Virus record (IMG/VR): IMGVR_UViG_3300044960_000873
Coordinates: 1-57,352 of that record
DNA length: 57,352 nucleotides
Reading direction: 5' to 3' (one strand)
From: a virus
Lineage: Duplodnaviria; Caudoviricetes
The notes under the pieces were generated by a model that searched no databases, had not been told where the DNA came from, and saw only the letters and a program-made list of their open reading frames with translations. The position numbers and the translations under genes are program-made. Positions 10,253 to 20,297 of this stretch are shown here, one piece after another (position 1 is the stretch's first letter; each line of letters starts with the position of its first letter).

Positions 10253-10734
10253 CAGAGCACCTGCCGCAGCGTCGCCAGCAGCTCACGGATGCGCCCCTGC
10301 GCCCGTGGCGCGCGGTCGCGGAACCCCCGCTCGAACATATGCGCGCCACGCGTCCCCCGCCGACCGATCGCCCGGGCAACCAGGAACGCCACCGCGCGCC
10401 CCTCGCCCAGTTTCCGGTTCACCCACAACTCGATCGGCCGGCGCGGCGGCATCCGCCCCGGCCGGCGGCCATGTTCGACGGAGAGCACCTTGATCGGCAC
10501 GTCGGTCGAGTACACCCTCCCGACGACCAGCAGCCCGCTGCCGCTCACGTCATGCGTGATCGACTGGCGCAGGTGCCCGGTCGCGCCGACGGGGGTATGC
10601 GCGATTACCCCGCCCTCGATATCCACCGCCAGCAGCTCCACCGTGCGGCGCAGCGCCGCCTCCACCGCCGCCGGCGCGCGCTGGAACGCCGCCACCAACG
10701 GCCGCGCATCGATCTCCAGCGTCAGGTTGCTCAT
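10252..10734 (-). CDS. HK97 gp10-like neck/tail completion protein
   Basis: TPVGATGHLRQSI and VEHGRRPG motifs. Confidence 0.8.
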   Translation of the reverse strand: MSNLTLEIDARPLVAAFQRAPAAVEAALRRTVELLAVDIEGGVIAHTPVGATGHLRQSITHDVSGSGLLVVGRVYSTDVPIKVLSVEHGRRPGRMPPRRPIELWVNRKLGEGRAVAFLVARAIGRRGTRGAHMFERGFRDRAPRAQGRIRELLATLRQVL

Positions 10735-11441
10735 GCCCGCCGGCCCCGGTGGGTCAACCGCGCCGCGCCAGTGCCGGCCACCGACGTACTCCAGTCCAGC
10801 CGCAGCGCCGCCGGCGCCTCGCCCCCGCGTACCCCCACCAGCTCGCGGTATTCGTTGAGCAACGCGCCCGCCAATTTCTGCGCCCGATCGGCCTTTGACG
10901 ACCGCTCGACGCTATCGATCGCCAGCGTCGCCTCCTGCTCGTGCACGAACCGCGCCGCCAAACGCGAGAATGCCCGCGCGGTGCACAACGCCAGGAACGC
11001 CTGCCGGTGCCAGGCCGGGACCGTCGTCGCCGTCGCCCCATCCAGGTCCTCGACCGTGTGCCGCGCCGTGTACGACACCCGCACCGTCTCGGTCGCGCCG
11101 GGGGTATGCCAGCGCAGCCGCAGTTTCGTCGTCGTCGGCGTGCGGTAGATCTGCCAGTCGGTCGGCTCCAGATAGACCGGCTGGCGCAGGCCGGCCGGGT
11201 ATTCGACCGCCGTGATCCGGCTGAATCCGTCGACATACCCGGCCGGCAACGTGAAGTCGTAGGTCACCCCGTCCCCAGCGATATCCGCGACGAGCACCCG
11301 TGGCGCATCGTCGTCGTACTGCTCCAGCCCATCGCGCACCGCCTGGTACAGGTCCCCCTCGGTCCCCGCATCCAGCAGCCCGGCCACGTCCTGGAGCCGC
11401 GAGCGCATCCGCTCGATCAGCGTCGCCAGGTCGTCCGCCAT
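10731..11441 (-). CDS. Head-tail adaptor-like virion protein
   Basis: Synteny after capsid genes; coupled start/stop codons. Confidence 0.55.
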   Translation of the reverse strand: MADDLATLIERMRSRLQDVAGLLDAGTEGDLYQAVRDGLEQYDDDAPRVLVADIAGDGVTYDFTLPAGYVDGFSRITAVEYPAGLRQPVYLEPTDWQIYRTPTTTKLRLRWHTPGATETVRVSYTARHTVEDLDGATATTVPAWHRQAFLALCTARAFSRLAARFVHEQEATLAIDSVERSSKADRAQKLAGALLNEYRELVGVRGGEAPAALRLDWSTSVAGTGAARLTHRGRRA

Positions 11442-11460
11442 AGCGCCTCCTCGCTGGGGT

Positions 11461-11736
11461 TCAGCTAAACGCCACCGCCGCCGCCGGCCCCGTCCCGCTC
11501 AGGTCGACGTAGACGCCGCTGCTGAACACCACCCCGCAGGGGAATTGCGCCGTCGCCGTCGTGTTGGCCGGCGCACGCAGCGTCAGCAGCACCGTCCCGC
11601 TCGCCCCGCCGTCGCGCAGTTCCAGCGTCGCCGTGTCCGACCCCGCCGCCAGCGTCGCGGCGTAGACAATGTACGGCGTCCCCGCGCTGGCGAGTTCGCC
11701 GTCCGTCGTGCGTTGGACCAGTCGCGCCGGGCCCAT
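11461..11736 (-). CDS. Small virion structural protein
   Basis: Beta-rich 91 aa ORF in the head operon. Confidence 0.55.
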   Translation of the reverse strand: MGPARLVQRTTDGELASAGTPYIVYAATLAAGSDTATLELRDGGASGTVLLTLRAPANTTATAQFPCGVVFSSGVYVDLSGTGPAAAVAFS

Positions 11737-12147
11737 CTAGGCCGCCTCATACTCGACGACGACCAGGAGCGACGGCATCGCCAGCCCGGTCCCCACCAGT
11801 TCGCGTTGCAGGTCCAGGCACGCGCCGGCCGCCAGCGAGAGCGGCGTCGACGGCTGATAGAGCACCCGCCGGGTGTAGGCCGTCTCATTCGTGCCCGACA
11901 GGTAATCCCGGTTGGCCACCTCGGTCGAGGATGCGCCATCTACGCCCCGGTTGATCACGTTGAGGTTGAACGTATTCGTCGCCTGGCCGGTAATGCCCGC
12001 CGCCGGCACGATCGTCACCGAGCGGATCCGACAGGCGAATGGGGCCATGAACACCACCCGGCTCGCCGTCGCGTCCCCCGCCGCCGCCGGCGGGATCAGC
12101 GTCTGCTGCACCAGCGGTCCGGCCAGGTCATGCATCGTGTTCGCCAT
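11737..12147 (-). CDS. Capsid decoration-like protein
   Basis: Beta-rich; GGAGG RBS; downstream of the capsid gene. Confidence 0.55.
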   Translation of the reverse strand: MANTMHDLAGPLVQQTLIPPAAAGDATASRVVFMAPFACRIRSVTIVPAAGITGQATNTFNLNVINRGVDGASSTEVANRDYLSGTNETAYTRRVLYQPSTPLSLAAGACLDLQRELVGTGLAMPSLLVVVEYEAA

Positions 12148-12176
12148 CTGGTTGCCTCCTCATGTTCGCTCGCGCG

Positions 12177-12440
12177 TCAACGCCCGCGACGCTGCCGCGC
12201 CCGTCCCAGTTTCGTCTCGTCCGCTACGCTGATGTCCGCCGACGTCTCGTCGTCATCCGCTACGCTGGTCTCGGCTGAGGTCTCGTCCACCGCCACAGCC
12301 TCGGCTGTCGCCAGCGTCGCCCAGTGTTTCGCCCCGTCATCGGTCACCACACAGACGCGGTCGGTGAACGCATACACCGCCCGCACCCGCGCCGGGTCCG
12401 CCCGGGACAACCGCGCTGCCTGCTCGCGTGAGATCATCAT
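12177..12440 (-). CDS. Hypothetical protein with acidic repeats
   Basis: Repeated DETSA(E/D)xSVAD units. Confidence 0.5.
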   Translation of the reverse strand: MMISREQAARLSRADPARVRAVYAFTDRVCVVTDDGAKHWATLATAEAVAVDETSAETSVADDDETSADISVADETKLGRARQRRGR

Positions 12441-12494
12441 CGCTACGCCCTCTCAGGCGAGGGTGGGGGCCAGAGCCCCCACCACTCCGTCAGT

Positions 12495-14966
12495 TTAGGC
12501 CACGACTTCCTTGTACAGCCCGCGGTAGTCGAGCACTGCGTAGCCCCAGATGTGGCGGATCTTGTAGGTGATCTTGTCGGCGGTGAACACGCTGCCGACC
12601 GTCGGCGCGTCCTGCACGAACAGTTCCGGCTCCTCGCGACCATTGAGGAAGCCGAGCTCAATGATCGGCGTGTTCGCCGGATCTGCCGCCGCCACCCAGT
12701 CGTTGGCATCCGTCCACTCGTCCACCACCGTGTACTCGATCCCGCGGTGGATGTTCGGCGTCGTCGCGTTCTCGTTGCTCGCCAGCACGTACGGCGCGCT
12801 GTTGGAGAGTTTGAACGCGATCTCCTCCAGTTCCGCCGGCACGAACAATCGCCGCGGCAGATTGCTCGCCCCCAACGGCTGCGTGGTCACACCATACGGC
12901 ATCTGGTCGCGCATCGCCCGGCGTACCACCGAGAGCTCCGCCGCCGACAGCGCCGTCGAGCCCAGGTTGCCGTGCGAGGCGTGGAACAACGCCACACCGT
13001 CGTAGATCGTCGGATTGTCGCGCAGCACCGTGTTGAAGATGGCGTGGCGCAGGGTGCGCACCGCCGCCTCGCCCAGCCGCACCGGAATCTGCCGCACGAC
13101 CTGCATATCGTCGTTCATGATGGTTTCCATCGTGAGGTCCTCGAGGCCACCGCGTTTGGCTGGCGCGTAGGTGGCCTCCTCGTCCCCTGGCGAGGTCAGC
13201 GGCTGGTACGTTCCGCCTTCGCTCACCGTCGGCAGGTCGCCGTACCCGCCGAGGCGCACCCGGCGGTTCGTGCGGAAATCGCTCAATCCGCTCACCTCGG
13301 AGACGAGCAGCATGAACGATTGCAGGTCCGGCATCAGGTACTGCGCGATCATGCGCCGGCGAATTGAGTCGCCGAGGATTTCGGCGAACGTGCTGGTGGT
13401 CACCGACTCGCGCAACCCATCCGGCAACTCGCGCGGCGCGTACTGCACCGCCTCGGCCAGGATCTCGCGTGGATCGGTCACCCGCCGGCCGGTGATCTGC
13501 TCGAACGCCTCGCGCAACGAGCGGAAATGCATCGGCGTGCGCAACCACAACTGCACCTGGTCCTGCTGCGGCGTCGCGCCGCGGACCAGGCCGAAGAACC
13601 CGTCCATCGCCTGCTGGAACTTGTCGCGTTGGTCGGTCGTCACCTCGATCCGCCCCAGCCCAGTCGGACGTACCTGCGCCAGCCGCGCCGCGATCTCCCG
13701 GTCACGGTCAATGCGCGCGTCGAGCTCGGCCGCCTCGAACAGCCGGCCGGAGAAATCCGCCGCGATCGCCGCGCGGAGCGGCTCCGGCAACCGGCTCTCC
13801 GCGAGCCGCTCCCGCAACACCGCCTCAGCCTGCGCCAACGCCGCGCGCTGCTCCGCCTCGCGCAGCCGCGCCTCCAGCGCCGCCAGCGATTCGCGCAGCT
13901 CGCCGTTGCCGGCGACGGCCATCGCCTCTCCCGTCGCGCCGCTATCGGCAGCGCCCGTTTCCTGCCCTGTCGCGCCAGCGCGCGCGCTCTCGGCCAACGC
14001 CTCAGCCAGTTCCTGCGTCCCGACTGCCTCGTTCAGCGCCGCCAACTCCTCGAGGCTCAGCTTGCGCCCCTCGCGCAGCCGCGCCAACAGTTTCTGCACG
14101 TCCATGATCGCCTCCTGCAATGCATCGAACACATATTCGCTCGCCCCCGGAGCGGCCACGCCCTCGGCCAATGGACCCAATAACGACCCGCCGGCAGCCG
14201 GGTTCATCACCAGGTCGACCGATTCCGCGCGCAAGATTTTGGTCACTCGCCGGCCCGACGGGCGGCGCGCCTCGGAAATGAACCCACCGCTGGGGATCAC
14301 GTGCGAGAACCCAATTGCCTCGCGTCCCGTGCGCCGTTTCACGTCGTAGGCATGCCGCACGCTCTCGCGCACGTCCGGTTTCCCCCGGTTGATCTCGAAC
14401 ACCCCCTCGACGCCCACGGCGTTCGGCCGCGCCGCGGTGATCCATCCCGCCACCGCGTCCGCGCCACGTTCGTTGCGGTTGTGGTCCGGACCACGCCCGT
14501 AAAACACCGGCACCCCGGCATATACCGGCGCGGCCTCGTGCAGCACCGCCAGCGGGTACTCGTTGCCGTTTGCGCTCACTCCGGCCCGGATGATCTGCAC
14601 GCGCCAGTCCCAGCCGTCGGCGTCGACCGCCTCGAGCAACGTCCCATCCACTGGCTGCGCATCCTGCCGCGCCGCCGCGCCGCCATCAGTCGGCTGCTGT
14701 GCCTCGTCCATCGCCCCCACCGCCACATACTCCACCCGCCGCTCGACCGCAACCGCGTCGCCCAGCGTCACCTGCCCCTCGGCGTCGATCGCGTACGATC
14801 GCCGGTAGAGTTGCCCCCCGTCGTCGTAGACGACCATGTCGTCGTACACCTCCACCGGCCAGATGCGCTCCTCGCCGTCCGGGTTCAGCGCGCGCGCCAG
14901 CAACCGGCAGATGTCGTTGTGGGAGAGGTCGGAGGCTTCCGTGAGGAAAAACCGCGTCTCGGCCAT
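12495..14966 (-). CDS. Fused prohead protease/scaffold/major capsid protein (Mu gpT-like)
   Basis: N-terminal protease-like region (IIRAGVSANG...SVDLVMNPAAGG), coiled-coil scaffold, C-terminal capsid (DGVALFHASHGNL, YKIRHIWG). Confidence 0.9.
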   Translation of the reverse strand: MAETRFFLTEASDLSHNDICRLLARALNPDGEERIWPVEVYDDMVVYDDGGQLYRRSYAIDAEGQVTLGDAVAVERRVEYVAVGAMDEAQQPTDGGAAARQDAQPVDGTLLEAVDADGWDWRVQIIRAGVSANGNEYPLAVLHEAAPVYAGVPVFYGRGPDHNRNERGADAVAGWITAARPNAVGVEGVFEINRGKPDVRESVRHAYDVKRRTGREAIGFSHVIPSGGFISEARRPSGRRVTKILRAESVDLVMNPAAGGSLLGPLAEGVAAPGASEYVFDALQEAIMDVQKLLARLREGRKLSLEELAALNEAVGTQELAEALAESARAGATGQETGAADSGATGEAMAVAGNGELRESLAALEARLREAEQRAALAQAEAVLRERLAESRLPEPLRAAIAADFSGRLFEAAELDARIDRDREIAARLAQVRPTGLGRIEVTTDQRDKFQQAMDGFFGLVRGATPQQDQVQLWLRTPMHFRSLREAFEQITGRRVTDPREILAEAVQYAPRELPDGLRESVTTSTFAEILGDSIRRRMIAQYLMPDLQSFMLLVSEVSGLSDFRTNRRVRLGGYGDLPTVSEGGTYQPLTSPGDEEATYAPAKRGGLEDLTMETIMNDDMQVVRQIPVRLGEAAVRTLRHAIFNTVLRDNPTIYDGVALFHASHGNLGSTALSAAELSVVRRAMRDQMPYGVTTQPLGASNLPRRLFVPAELEEIAFKLSNSAPYVLASNENATTPNIHRGIEYTVVDEWTDANDWVAAADPANTPIIELGFLNGREEPELFVQDAPTVGSVFTADKITYKIRHIWGYAVLDYRGLYKEVVA

Positions 14967-14974
14967 ACAACCCC

Positions 14975-15112
14975 CGTGAACACAGACAACGCCGTCAGCC
15001 GAGGCTCTCTCGTCCTCGCGCGACGGCGTCTAGCGCTCACTCAGGCGGTCGCATGTACCTGCTATGCGGTTGTCGCCCGCACACATACCACAATCGCGGG
15101 CTGGCCGTCAAA
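14975..15112 (-). promoter_or_regulatory. Putative promoter and structured leader of the capsid operon
   Basis: TTGACG followed by TGGTATGT, then a long ACGCCGTC...GACGGCGT stem. Confidence 0.4.
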
Positions 15113-15121
15113 TGCCCCGGT

Positions 15122-15379
15122 TCAGCGTGGCACGAGCCGGCAGGCGTCCTCCTCGGTCAACCGGTGCTCGATCCCGTGGTAGCACACTGCCTCGATCGGC
15201 GTCGGCAGCGGCCGGCGCACGCGGTAGATCCGGCGCGAGGGCCGGATGACCACCACCTCCGCCGTCACCGCGCCGAGCATGCAGCCGCACGCCCCGCGCC
15301 ATTCCCGGCTGCTCGGCAGCGGCTGGCCGATCGCCTCGCCGATCAGCGTCCCATTCACCCGCACCAGCGCCATCGTCAC
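15122..15379 (-). CDS. Hypothetical protein (Cys motifs)
   Basis: Coupled to the upstream gene. Confidence 0.45.
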   Translation of the reverse strand: MTMALVRVNGTLIGEAIGQPLPSSREWRGACGCMLGAVTAEVVVIRPSRRIYRVRRPLPTPIEAVCYHGIEHRLTEEDACRLVPR

Positions 15380-16197
15380 TCCGTCGCCTGCGCGTCCGGC
15401 GGGACCAGTTCCAGCCGGCAGCGGCAGCGGTTCGTTTCCGTCGCCGGCAACGCCGGGTCGTGCGGGAACCGCGCCCGGATGCCGCGCCCCAGGTTGAACA
15501 CCTCATCCATCGGGATGGGTTTCTTCTGCGTCCGCCGCGCCACAGCGATATGGTGGGGCCGCGACCGCTGCCGTTGGACGGCGGTAAACCCCGGCGAGGA
15601 TGACGCGTGCACCCAGCGTTTGCGCATCCCCTCCACCCGGCTGGCCAGTTCCACCGCCTGGTCGTAATAGGCCAGGTTGTATAGCCGGCTCACCTCGGTC
15701 TGGGCGATCGTCTCCACCCGGCTGCGCGCTGGTTTCCAGGCCCCGCTGGTCATGTCCCGCCCGATGCGGTCGAGCAACGTCGTGAACGGCATCCCCCCCA
15801 GCGCCGCCAACCGGATGTGCATACTGATCCGCTGAAGCACGTCCGCCATCAGGTCCTCGGTCAGTTTCGCCACGTACTCCCCGGCCACCCGCACCAGGGT
15901 TGGGTTCACCCCCACATAACTGCGCGCGTCCACCCGCGACAGCCGCAGGTCGGCCAGCGCCGTCGCATCCCCCAACGCCGCTGCGCGTTCCACCGCGTCG
16001 CGCAACGGCAGCGCCATCTGCCCCGTCACCGCCTGGGCCAGCGCCTCCGCCTCGCGCAGCAACTGCCGGTAGCGCAGCGTTAGCCCCCCCTCGGAGCCCG
16101 CCAGCAGGCCGAGGAGCTCGCGCCGGTAGCGGTCGAGCAACCGCAGCACCGTCGCCGCCGCCTCGTCGCTCAACCCGGCCAACGCATCGTCGGCCAT
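15376..16197 (-). CDS. Minor head morphogenesis protein (Mu gpF/SPP1 gp7-like)
   Basis: IAQTEVSR, KRWV, FPHDP and NRCRC motifs; follows the portal gene. Confidence 0.85.
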   Translation of the reverse strand: MADDALAGLSDEAAATVLRLLDRYRRELLGLLAGSEGGLTLRYRQLLREAEALAQAVTGQMALPLRDAVERAAALGDATALADLRLSRVDARSYVGVNPTLVRVAGEYVAKLTEDLMADVLQRISMHIRLAALGGMPFTTLLDRIGRDMTSGAWKPARSRVETIAQTEVSRLYNLAYYDQAVELASRVEGMRKRWVHASSSPGFTAVQRQRSRPHHIAVARRTQKKPIPMDEVFNLGRGIRARFPHDPALPATETNRCRCRLELVPPDAQATE

Positions 16198-17675
16198 CAG
16201 CCCACCGCATCCAGCGGCTGCGGTTCATCCCGCCGTAGCCGCGCCACAGGGAACACCGGCGCCTCCACTGCCGGCTCCCCCTCCGGCATTTCCTGCGGCT
16301 CCAACTGCGCGGTCTCCTCGTCCAGATCGATATCCGCGCCCAATTGGGTGGCCATGAGCAGGAACAACCGCCGCGCCGTGTCCTGGCTGACGTACCCCTC
16401 GCCCACCGCCAGCGCCAGCGTCTGGGTCAGCGTGGACAACGCGCCGACCACCTGCTGCGTATCCGCCGGCGAGAGGTCGGGCATCTCCACCCGGAACGCC
16501 TCCCCTGCCGGGATCATCACCCCCGTCAGCTGACCATCGCCGCGTTCCTCCGGCACCTCGGCCGGCAGCCGGCCAGCCAGCACCGCGTAATCCACCTGGC
16601 AACGCAGCACATCGCCCACGATCGCGCGCCACTCGTCCTGTACGCTGGTCATGCGTTTGCGCACCGGCTCGGCCATCGCCTGCGCCGAGGCCCGGTTGAC
16701 ATCCTCGCCCTCGGCGAACCAGTGCACCGGGATGCCCACCGCCCCGAAAATATGGTTGCGCAGGAACCGCATCAGGTTCGCCGCGTCGTACGTGTCCAGC
16801 CGGGGGGTCTTCGCCTCCCAACTGATGCGCTCGTTTTGCAGCATCACCGCGCCCGGCTTCGGCGGCTGCGCGTACTGCGGCAGCGCGGCCAATTCAGCCA
16901 GTTCTCGCGCTGTCGCGTCCTTCACCGTCACCGTCCAAATGAAGGCCTTCATGAGCAGTGCGCGCTCGACCTCGTTGAACACCATCTGGTCGAGCAGGTC
17001 AATGAAATCGGCCAGGGTATAGAGCAGCGAGATCCCGCGTGTACCCAGCGGGTTCTGCCGTTTCCAGAACAGCGCTGGCCGCTCGATCTCGCGCAGATCG
17101 TCAGCCCCCTCGCGCAGGTTGACGATCTGGTAAGCGCGTGGTTCCTCGCCGGGGAACGAGCGCAGCCGCACCTCGCGCACCACGCGCCAGTTCTCCGGGT
17201 CCGGCCGCACCTCGCGCACCTCCTCCGGCACGACGCAGCCGACGCGCAGATGGCCATCCAGCGGGTTGGGGAACAGCGGCAGCAGCAACTCACCGCTGAC
17301 CAGGTACACGGTCAGCAGGTCAGCCGCGTTGCGCTCCCAGTCGTTATAGCCGTCCTGCCAATGACGCTCGATCACCTCGCGCACCTGGGCGTTGCGGTAG
17401 GTCAGCGTCATCCCCTCGCCGAGGACGAAATCGACCAGCATCGAGACGAGCCGGTGCGCGACCGGGTTCGTCCGGTAGAGGTAACTGGCTACGCGCAGCA
17501 TGTGCTCGTGCTGGTAGGCCGGCAGGTTCTGTCCCCGCTCGCCAGTGATGCGCCGGTAGAGGTGGTCGTCGTCGTCGATCCCCTGGTTGGCCAACAGGTC
17601 GAACGTCGCCTCGCGTGCCGCCTCACGCCGGGTCGCAGCCGGTTGTCGCTGCCGGCGCGCGCGTCTGGTCGTCAT
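16197..17675 (-). CDS. Portal protein
   Basis: 492 aa directly after terminase; GIPVHWFAEGEDVNRASA. Confidence 0.88.
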   Translation of the reverse strand: MTTRRARRQRQPAATRREAAREATFDLLANQGIDDDDHLYRRITGERGQNLPAYQHEHMLRVASYLYRTNPVAHRLVSMLVDFVLGEGMTLTYRNAQVREVIERHWQDGYNDWERNAADLLTVYLVSGELLLPLFPNPLDGHLRVGCVVPEEVREVRPDPENWRVVREVRLRSFPGEEPRAYQIVNLREGADDLREIERPALFWKRQNPLGTRGISLLYTLADFIDLLDQMVFNEVERALLMKAFIWTVTVKDATARELAELAALPQYAQPPKPGAVMLQNERISWEAKTPRLDTYDAANLMRFLRNHIFGAVGIPVHWFAEGEDVNRASAQAMAEPVRKRMTSVQDEWRAIVGDVLRCQVDYAVLAGRLPAEVPEERGDGQLTGVMIPAGEAFRVEMPDLSPADTQQVVGALSTLTQTLALAVGEGYVSQDTARRLFLLMATQLGADIDLDEETAQLEPQEMPEGEPAVEAPVFPVARLRRDEPQPLDAVG

Positions 17676-17677
17676 CC

Positions 17678-19258
17678 TCAGCCTCCACGTCCCTGGCGCA
17701 ACACCGCGCGCCGATCCGTCCGATACGCCTCCAGCACCGGCACGCTCGCCGCCAGGATTCCAGCCGCCGGCGCGGTCCCAGCATAGGCCAGGTTGAGCGC
17801 ATCGGCATCGTCCGGCGACCGGCCCAGCCGGCGCTTCGTGTCTGCCTTCGGCTCGACCACCCGCCGGCCACGGTTATCCAGCCGCCAGGTCGGGGCCAGA
17901 CATTGCCGGCGCAGGTCGGCCAGCACCGCGTCCGCCAACCGCGACAGGTCCAGTTGCCCCTCCAGCGCCCGTTCCGCCGTCGCGAACCACAGTTCCGAGC
18001 GCCGGTTGGGGTAGTCCTCTGGCGCGATGGCCGGTTTCCCCGCGTTCACCGGCAGGAACGTGTACTCCTCGCGCTGGTCGACCACCCCGCCGCCAACCCC
18101 GTCGTCGTCCACCCGCACGATCACCGCCCGGCCGTCCAGCCCACAACGCCGGCCATATTCCCGCGCCAATTCCTTCAGGCGGCCGGCCGTCTGCGCGGTG
18201 TCCCAACCATGCCGCTGCTCGTGGTGCAACGAGACCGGCCCGCGCCGCACATGGATCGCCGTGTGGTCGTCCCCGAACCGGGCCACGTCGCAGCCGATCT
18301 CGCAGGGCACGTCGTCCGGCTCGGGCAACCCCGCCGTCGCCGCCGCCTGGAACGCCGCGTCGCTCCAGACGGCATTCACCGTCGTCGACGGCCAGCGTCC
18401 CATCACCCGCGATTCGAACAACGGTCCGGGCCGGTACCACGCCCCCGACCCCGGCGGCCACTCCAGATCGGTCGCGCGCGCATCCCCCGACGCCAGCGGC
18501 GTGCACCAGCGCGCCAGCCGTTCGTTCACCCAGGCCAGCCGAACCGCCTGGGGGAATGGCGGCGGCTCCCCGCGCAGTTCGGCCAGCACGTTCGGGTGCT
18601 CCAACGCGCTCACGCTGATCAGCACGGCGTCGGCGCGCAGCTCCGCCCGGTACGCCGCGCTGGCCACGTCGGTCGGGTTGTAGATGCAGAGCCAGCGGTT
18701 CTCCGGCCCACTGGTCAGCATCGCCTCCGCCCCCTCCCAGAACTCCAGCGGCACCCCCACCGCCTCGTCGAACACGATCAGCAACCGCTCCTCGTGGGTG
18801 CCCTGGAACGCGTTCACGTCGCGCGCGGTGTAGCCAGCGGCGTAATGATTCGGCCCATCCTGCATACGCGGCGCCTTCGGGTAGAGCCCCGGCCGGCCAC
18901 GCCGTTGGGTGCGCACCTCGCGCCAGAGCAGGTCCTGCACCTGCCTCCCCGTCGGCGCTGTCGTCAGACAGATCGAGGGCGTGCGCGTGTCATACCACCA
19001 GTTGACCAGCCCGCCGGCCACGTGCGTCTTGCCCACCGCATGCGAGGCGCGCACCAGCACACGTGGATGCGTCGCTAGCGCCTCGGCGATGCGCGCCTGT
19101 TTCTCCCACCAGGTCACCCCGAGTACGTCGCGTGCATACCCCAGCGGGTCATCCCGGTAGGCCGCGTAGGCAGAGCGCAACCGCCCCTGCGCCTCATATG
19201 CCTGGCGCAGGCGGGCGAGCGCATACAACGCCGAGATCGTCGCCTCTGCCGCGCTCAC
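17678..19258 (-). CDS. terL: Terminase large subunit
   Basis: Walker A SHAVGKT, Walker B IVFDEA, nuclease GCDVARFGDD and SPDDADAL; GTG start overlapping the terS stop. Confidence 0.93.
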   Translation of the reverse strand: MSAAEATISALYALARLRQAYEAQGRLRSAYAAYRDDPLGYARDVLGVTWWEKQARIAEALATHPRVLVRASHAVGKTHVAGGLVNWWYDTRTPSICLTTAPTGRQVQDLLWREVRTQRRGRPGLYPKAPRMQDGPNHYAAGYTARDVNAFQGTHEERLLIVFDEAVGVPLEFWEGAEAMLTSGPENRWLCIYNPTDVASAAYRAELRADAVLISVSALEHPNVLAELRGEPPPFPQAVRLAWVNERLARWCTPLASGDARATDLEWPPGSGAWYRPGPLFESRVMGRWPSTTVNAVWSDAAFQAAATAGLPEPDDVPCEIGCDVARFGDDHTAIHVRRGPVSLHHEQRHGWDTAQTAGRLKELAREYGRRCGLDGRAVIVRVDDDGVGGGVVDQREEYTFLPVNAGKPAIAPEDYPNRRSELWFATAERALEGQLDLSRLADAVLADLRRQCLAPTWRLDNRGRRVVEPKADTKRRLGRSPDDADALNLAYAGTAPAAGILAASVPVLEAYRTDRRAVLRQGRGG

Positions 19259-19836
19259 GTCTGCCCCTCCAGCAGCCGGCGCAGGTCGCGCCGCACCTCC
19301 TCCGGCGACACCCCGAACGTCGCCGCCACCCGCTCGATCTCCTCGGCGAACGCCAGGTCCAGCCGCGAGCGGTCCACCCACTGCCCCAGTTCGCGCGCCG
19401 CCTGTTCCTCCACCGCACGCAGCTCGCGCAGCAGCCCCGTGTCCAACGCGAACTCCCCCGACTTCCCGTAGCGCATCAGCAGCCCGGTACTCCCACCCGG
19501 GACAAGCGGCTTCCCCTCGGCGTCGCGGCCGCCATATGCCTCCGCGCGTTCGGCGATGATCCGCTGCAGCCGCTGCCAGCGGTCGTTGAGCGCCTCGACC
19601 CGCGCGCGCCGGCTGGCGATGCCAGTGGCTGCAACCGCGTCTGCCTGCACCGCCTGGTGGTGGGCAATGCGTTGTTGGAACTGGGTGGATTGTTTCCACC
19701 GCACGAGGGTGCGCCGGCTGACGCCGGCCCGTGCGGCGATCTCGACGTCGGTCAGCCGGTCCTCGGCCAGCAGCGCTGCCGCGAGTTCGCGTTTCGCGCG
19801 TTGCGATGCCGGAACGCGTGTGCCATTTTGCGCCAC
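19255..19836 (-). CDS. terS: Terminase small subunit (N-terminal HTH)
   Basis: HTH TDVEIAARAGVSRRTLVRWK; immediately upstream of terL. Confidence 0.8.
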   Translation of the reverse strand: MAQNGTRVPASQRAKRELAAALLAEDRLTDVEIAARAGVSRRTLVRWKQSTQFQQRIAHHQAVQADAVAATGIASRRARVEALNDRWQRLQRIIAERAEAYGGRDAEGKPLVPGGSTGLLMRYGKSGEFALDTGLLRELRAVEEQAARELGQWVDRSRLDLAFAEEIERVAATFGVSPEEVRRDLRRLLEGQT

Positions 19837-20036
19837 GCCAACCCCCGACGCATGAGCACGAGGGCCGCGTGGGCCGCGAGATCAACGCCGCCATTATGGT
19901 ACCCGAATGGTGACATACGTGCCGCAGCGACGGCAACGCAGCGCCAGCCAGCCGATAGGCGGCAGGTATTCGGCCAGCACCCGCCCACAACGCCAGCAGC
20001 GCAACCGCTGAGGGCGACGGACCGGTGGCGGTGCAC

Positions 20037-20297
20037 TCACCCGGTGACGCGGCCCCGGCGCATGCCGGCCACCGACTCATCGTCGTCGGCGACGGTCACC
20101 TCCCAGGGTTGCTCCGGCGCGTACAGGTTGGGCCGGTGTTTGCCGCGTACGCGGAACTCCCCCTCGCTGGAGGTGTCGGCGGTCGCGCCATCGAGCGCGC
20201 GCCAGGGGCCGTCGCCGGCGCGCTGGTAGATGCGGGTCTGCTCGCCAGTGGCGTCGACCGCGATGGTGTCGCCGACGGCGGGTTTCGGTAGGCTCAT
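20037..20297 (-). CDS. Hypothetical protein
   Basis: ATGA-type coupling to the upstream ORF. Confidence 0.5.
   Translation of the reverse strand: MSLPKPAVGDTIAVDATGEQTRIYQRAGDGPWRALDGATADTSSEGEFRVRGKHRPNLYAPEQPWEVTVADDDESVAGMRRGRVTG

Noticed and set aside
12693-12704. Spacer 1 shares CACCCAGTCGTT with the capsid gene
   Set aside because: Only 12 of 32 nt match, too short to claim self-targeting
17678-20080. 800-aa terminase; similarly long N-termini on cysH, cas6, cI and tnpB ORFs
   Set aside because: Extensions overlap real upstream genes; starts were reassigned using coupling and RBS
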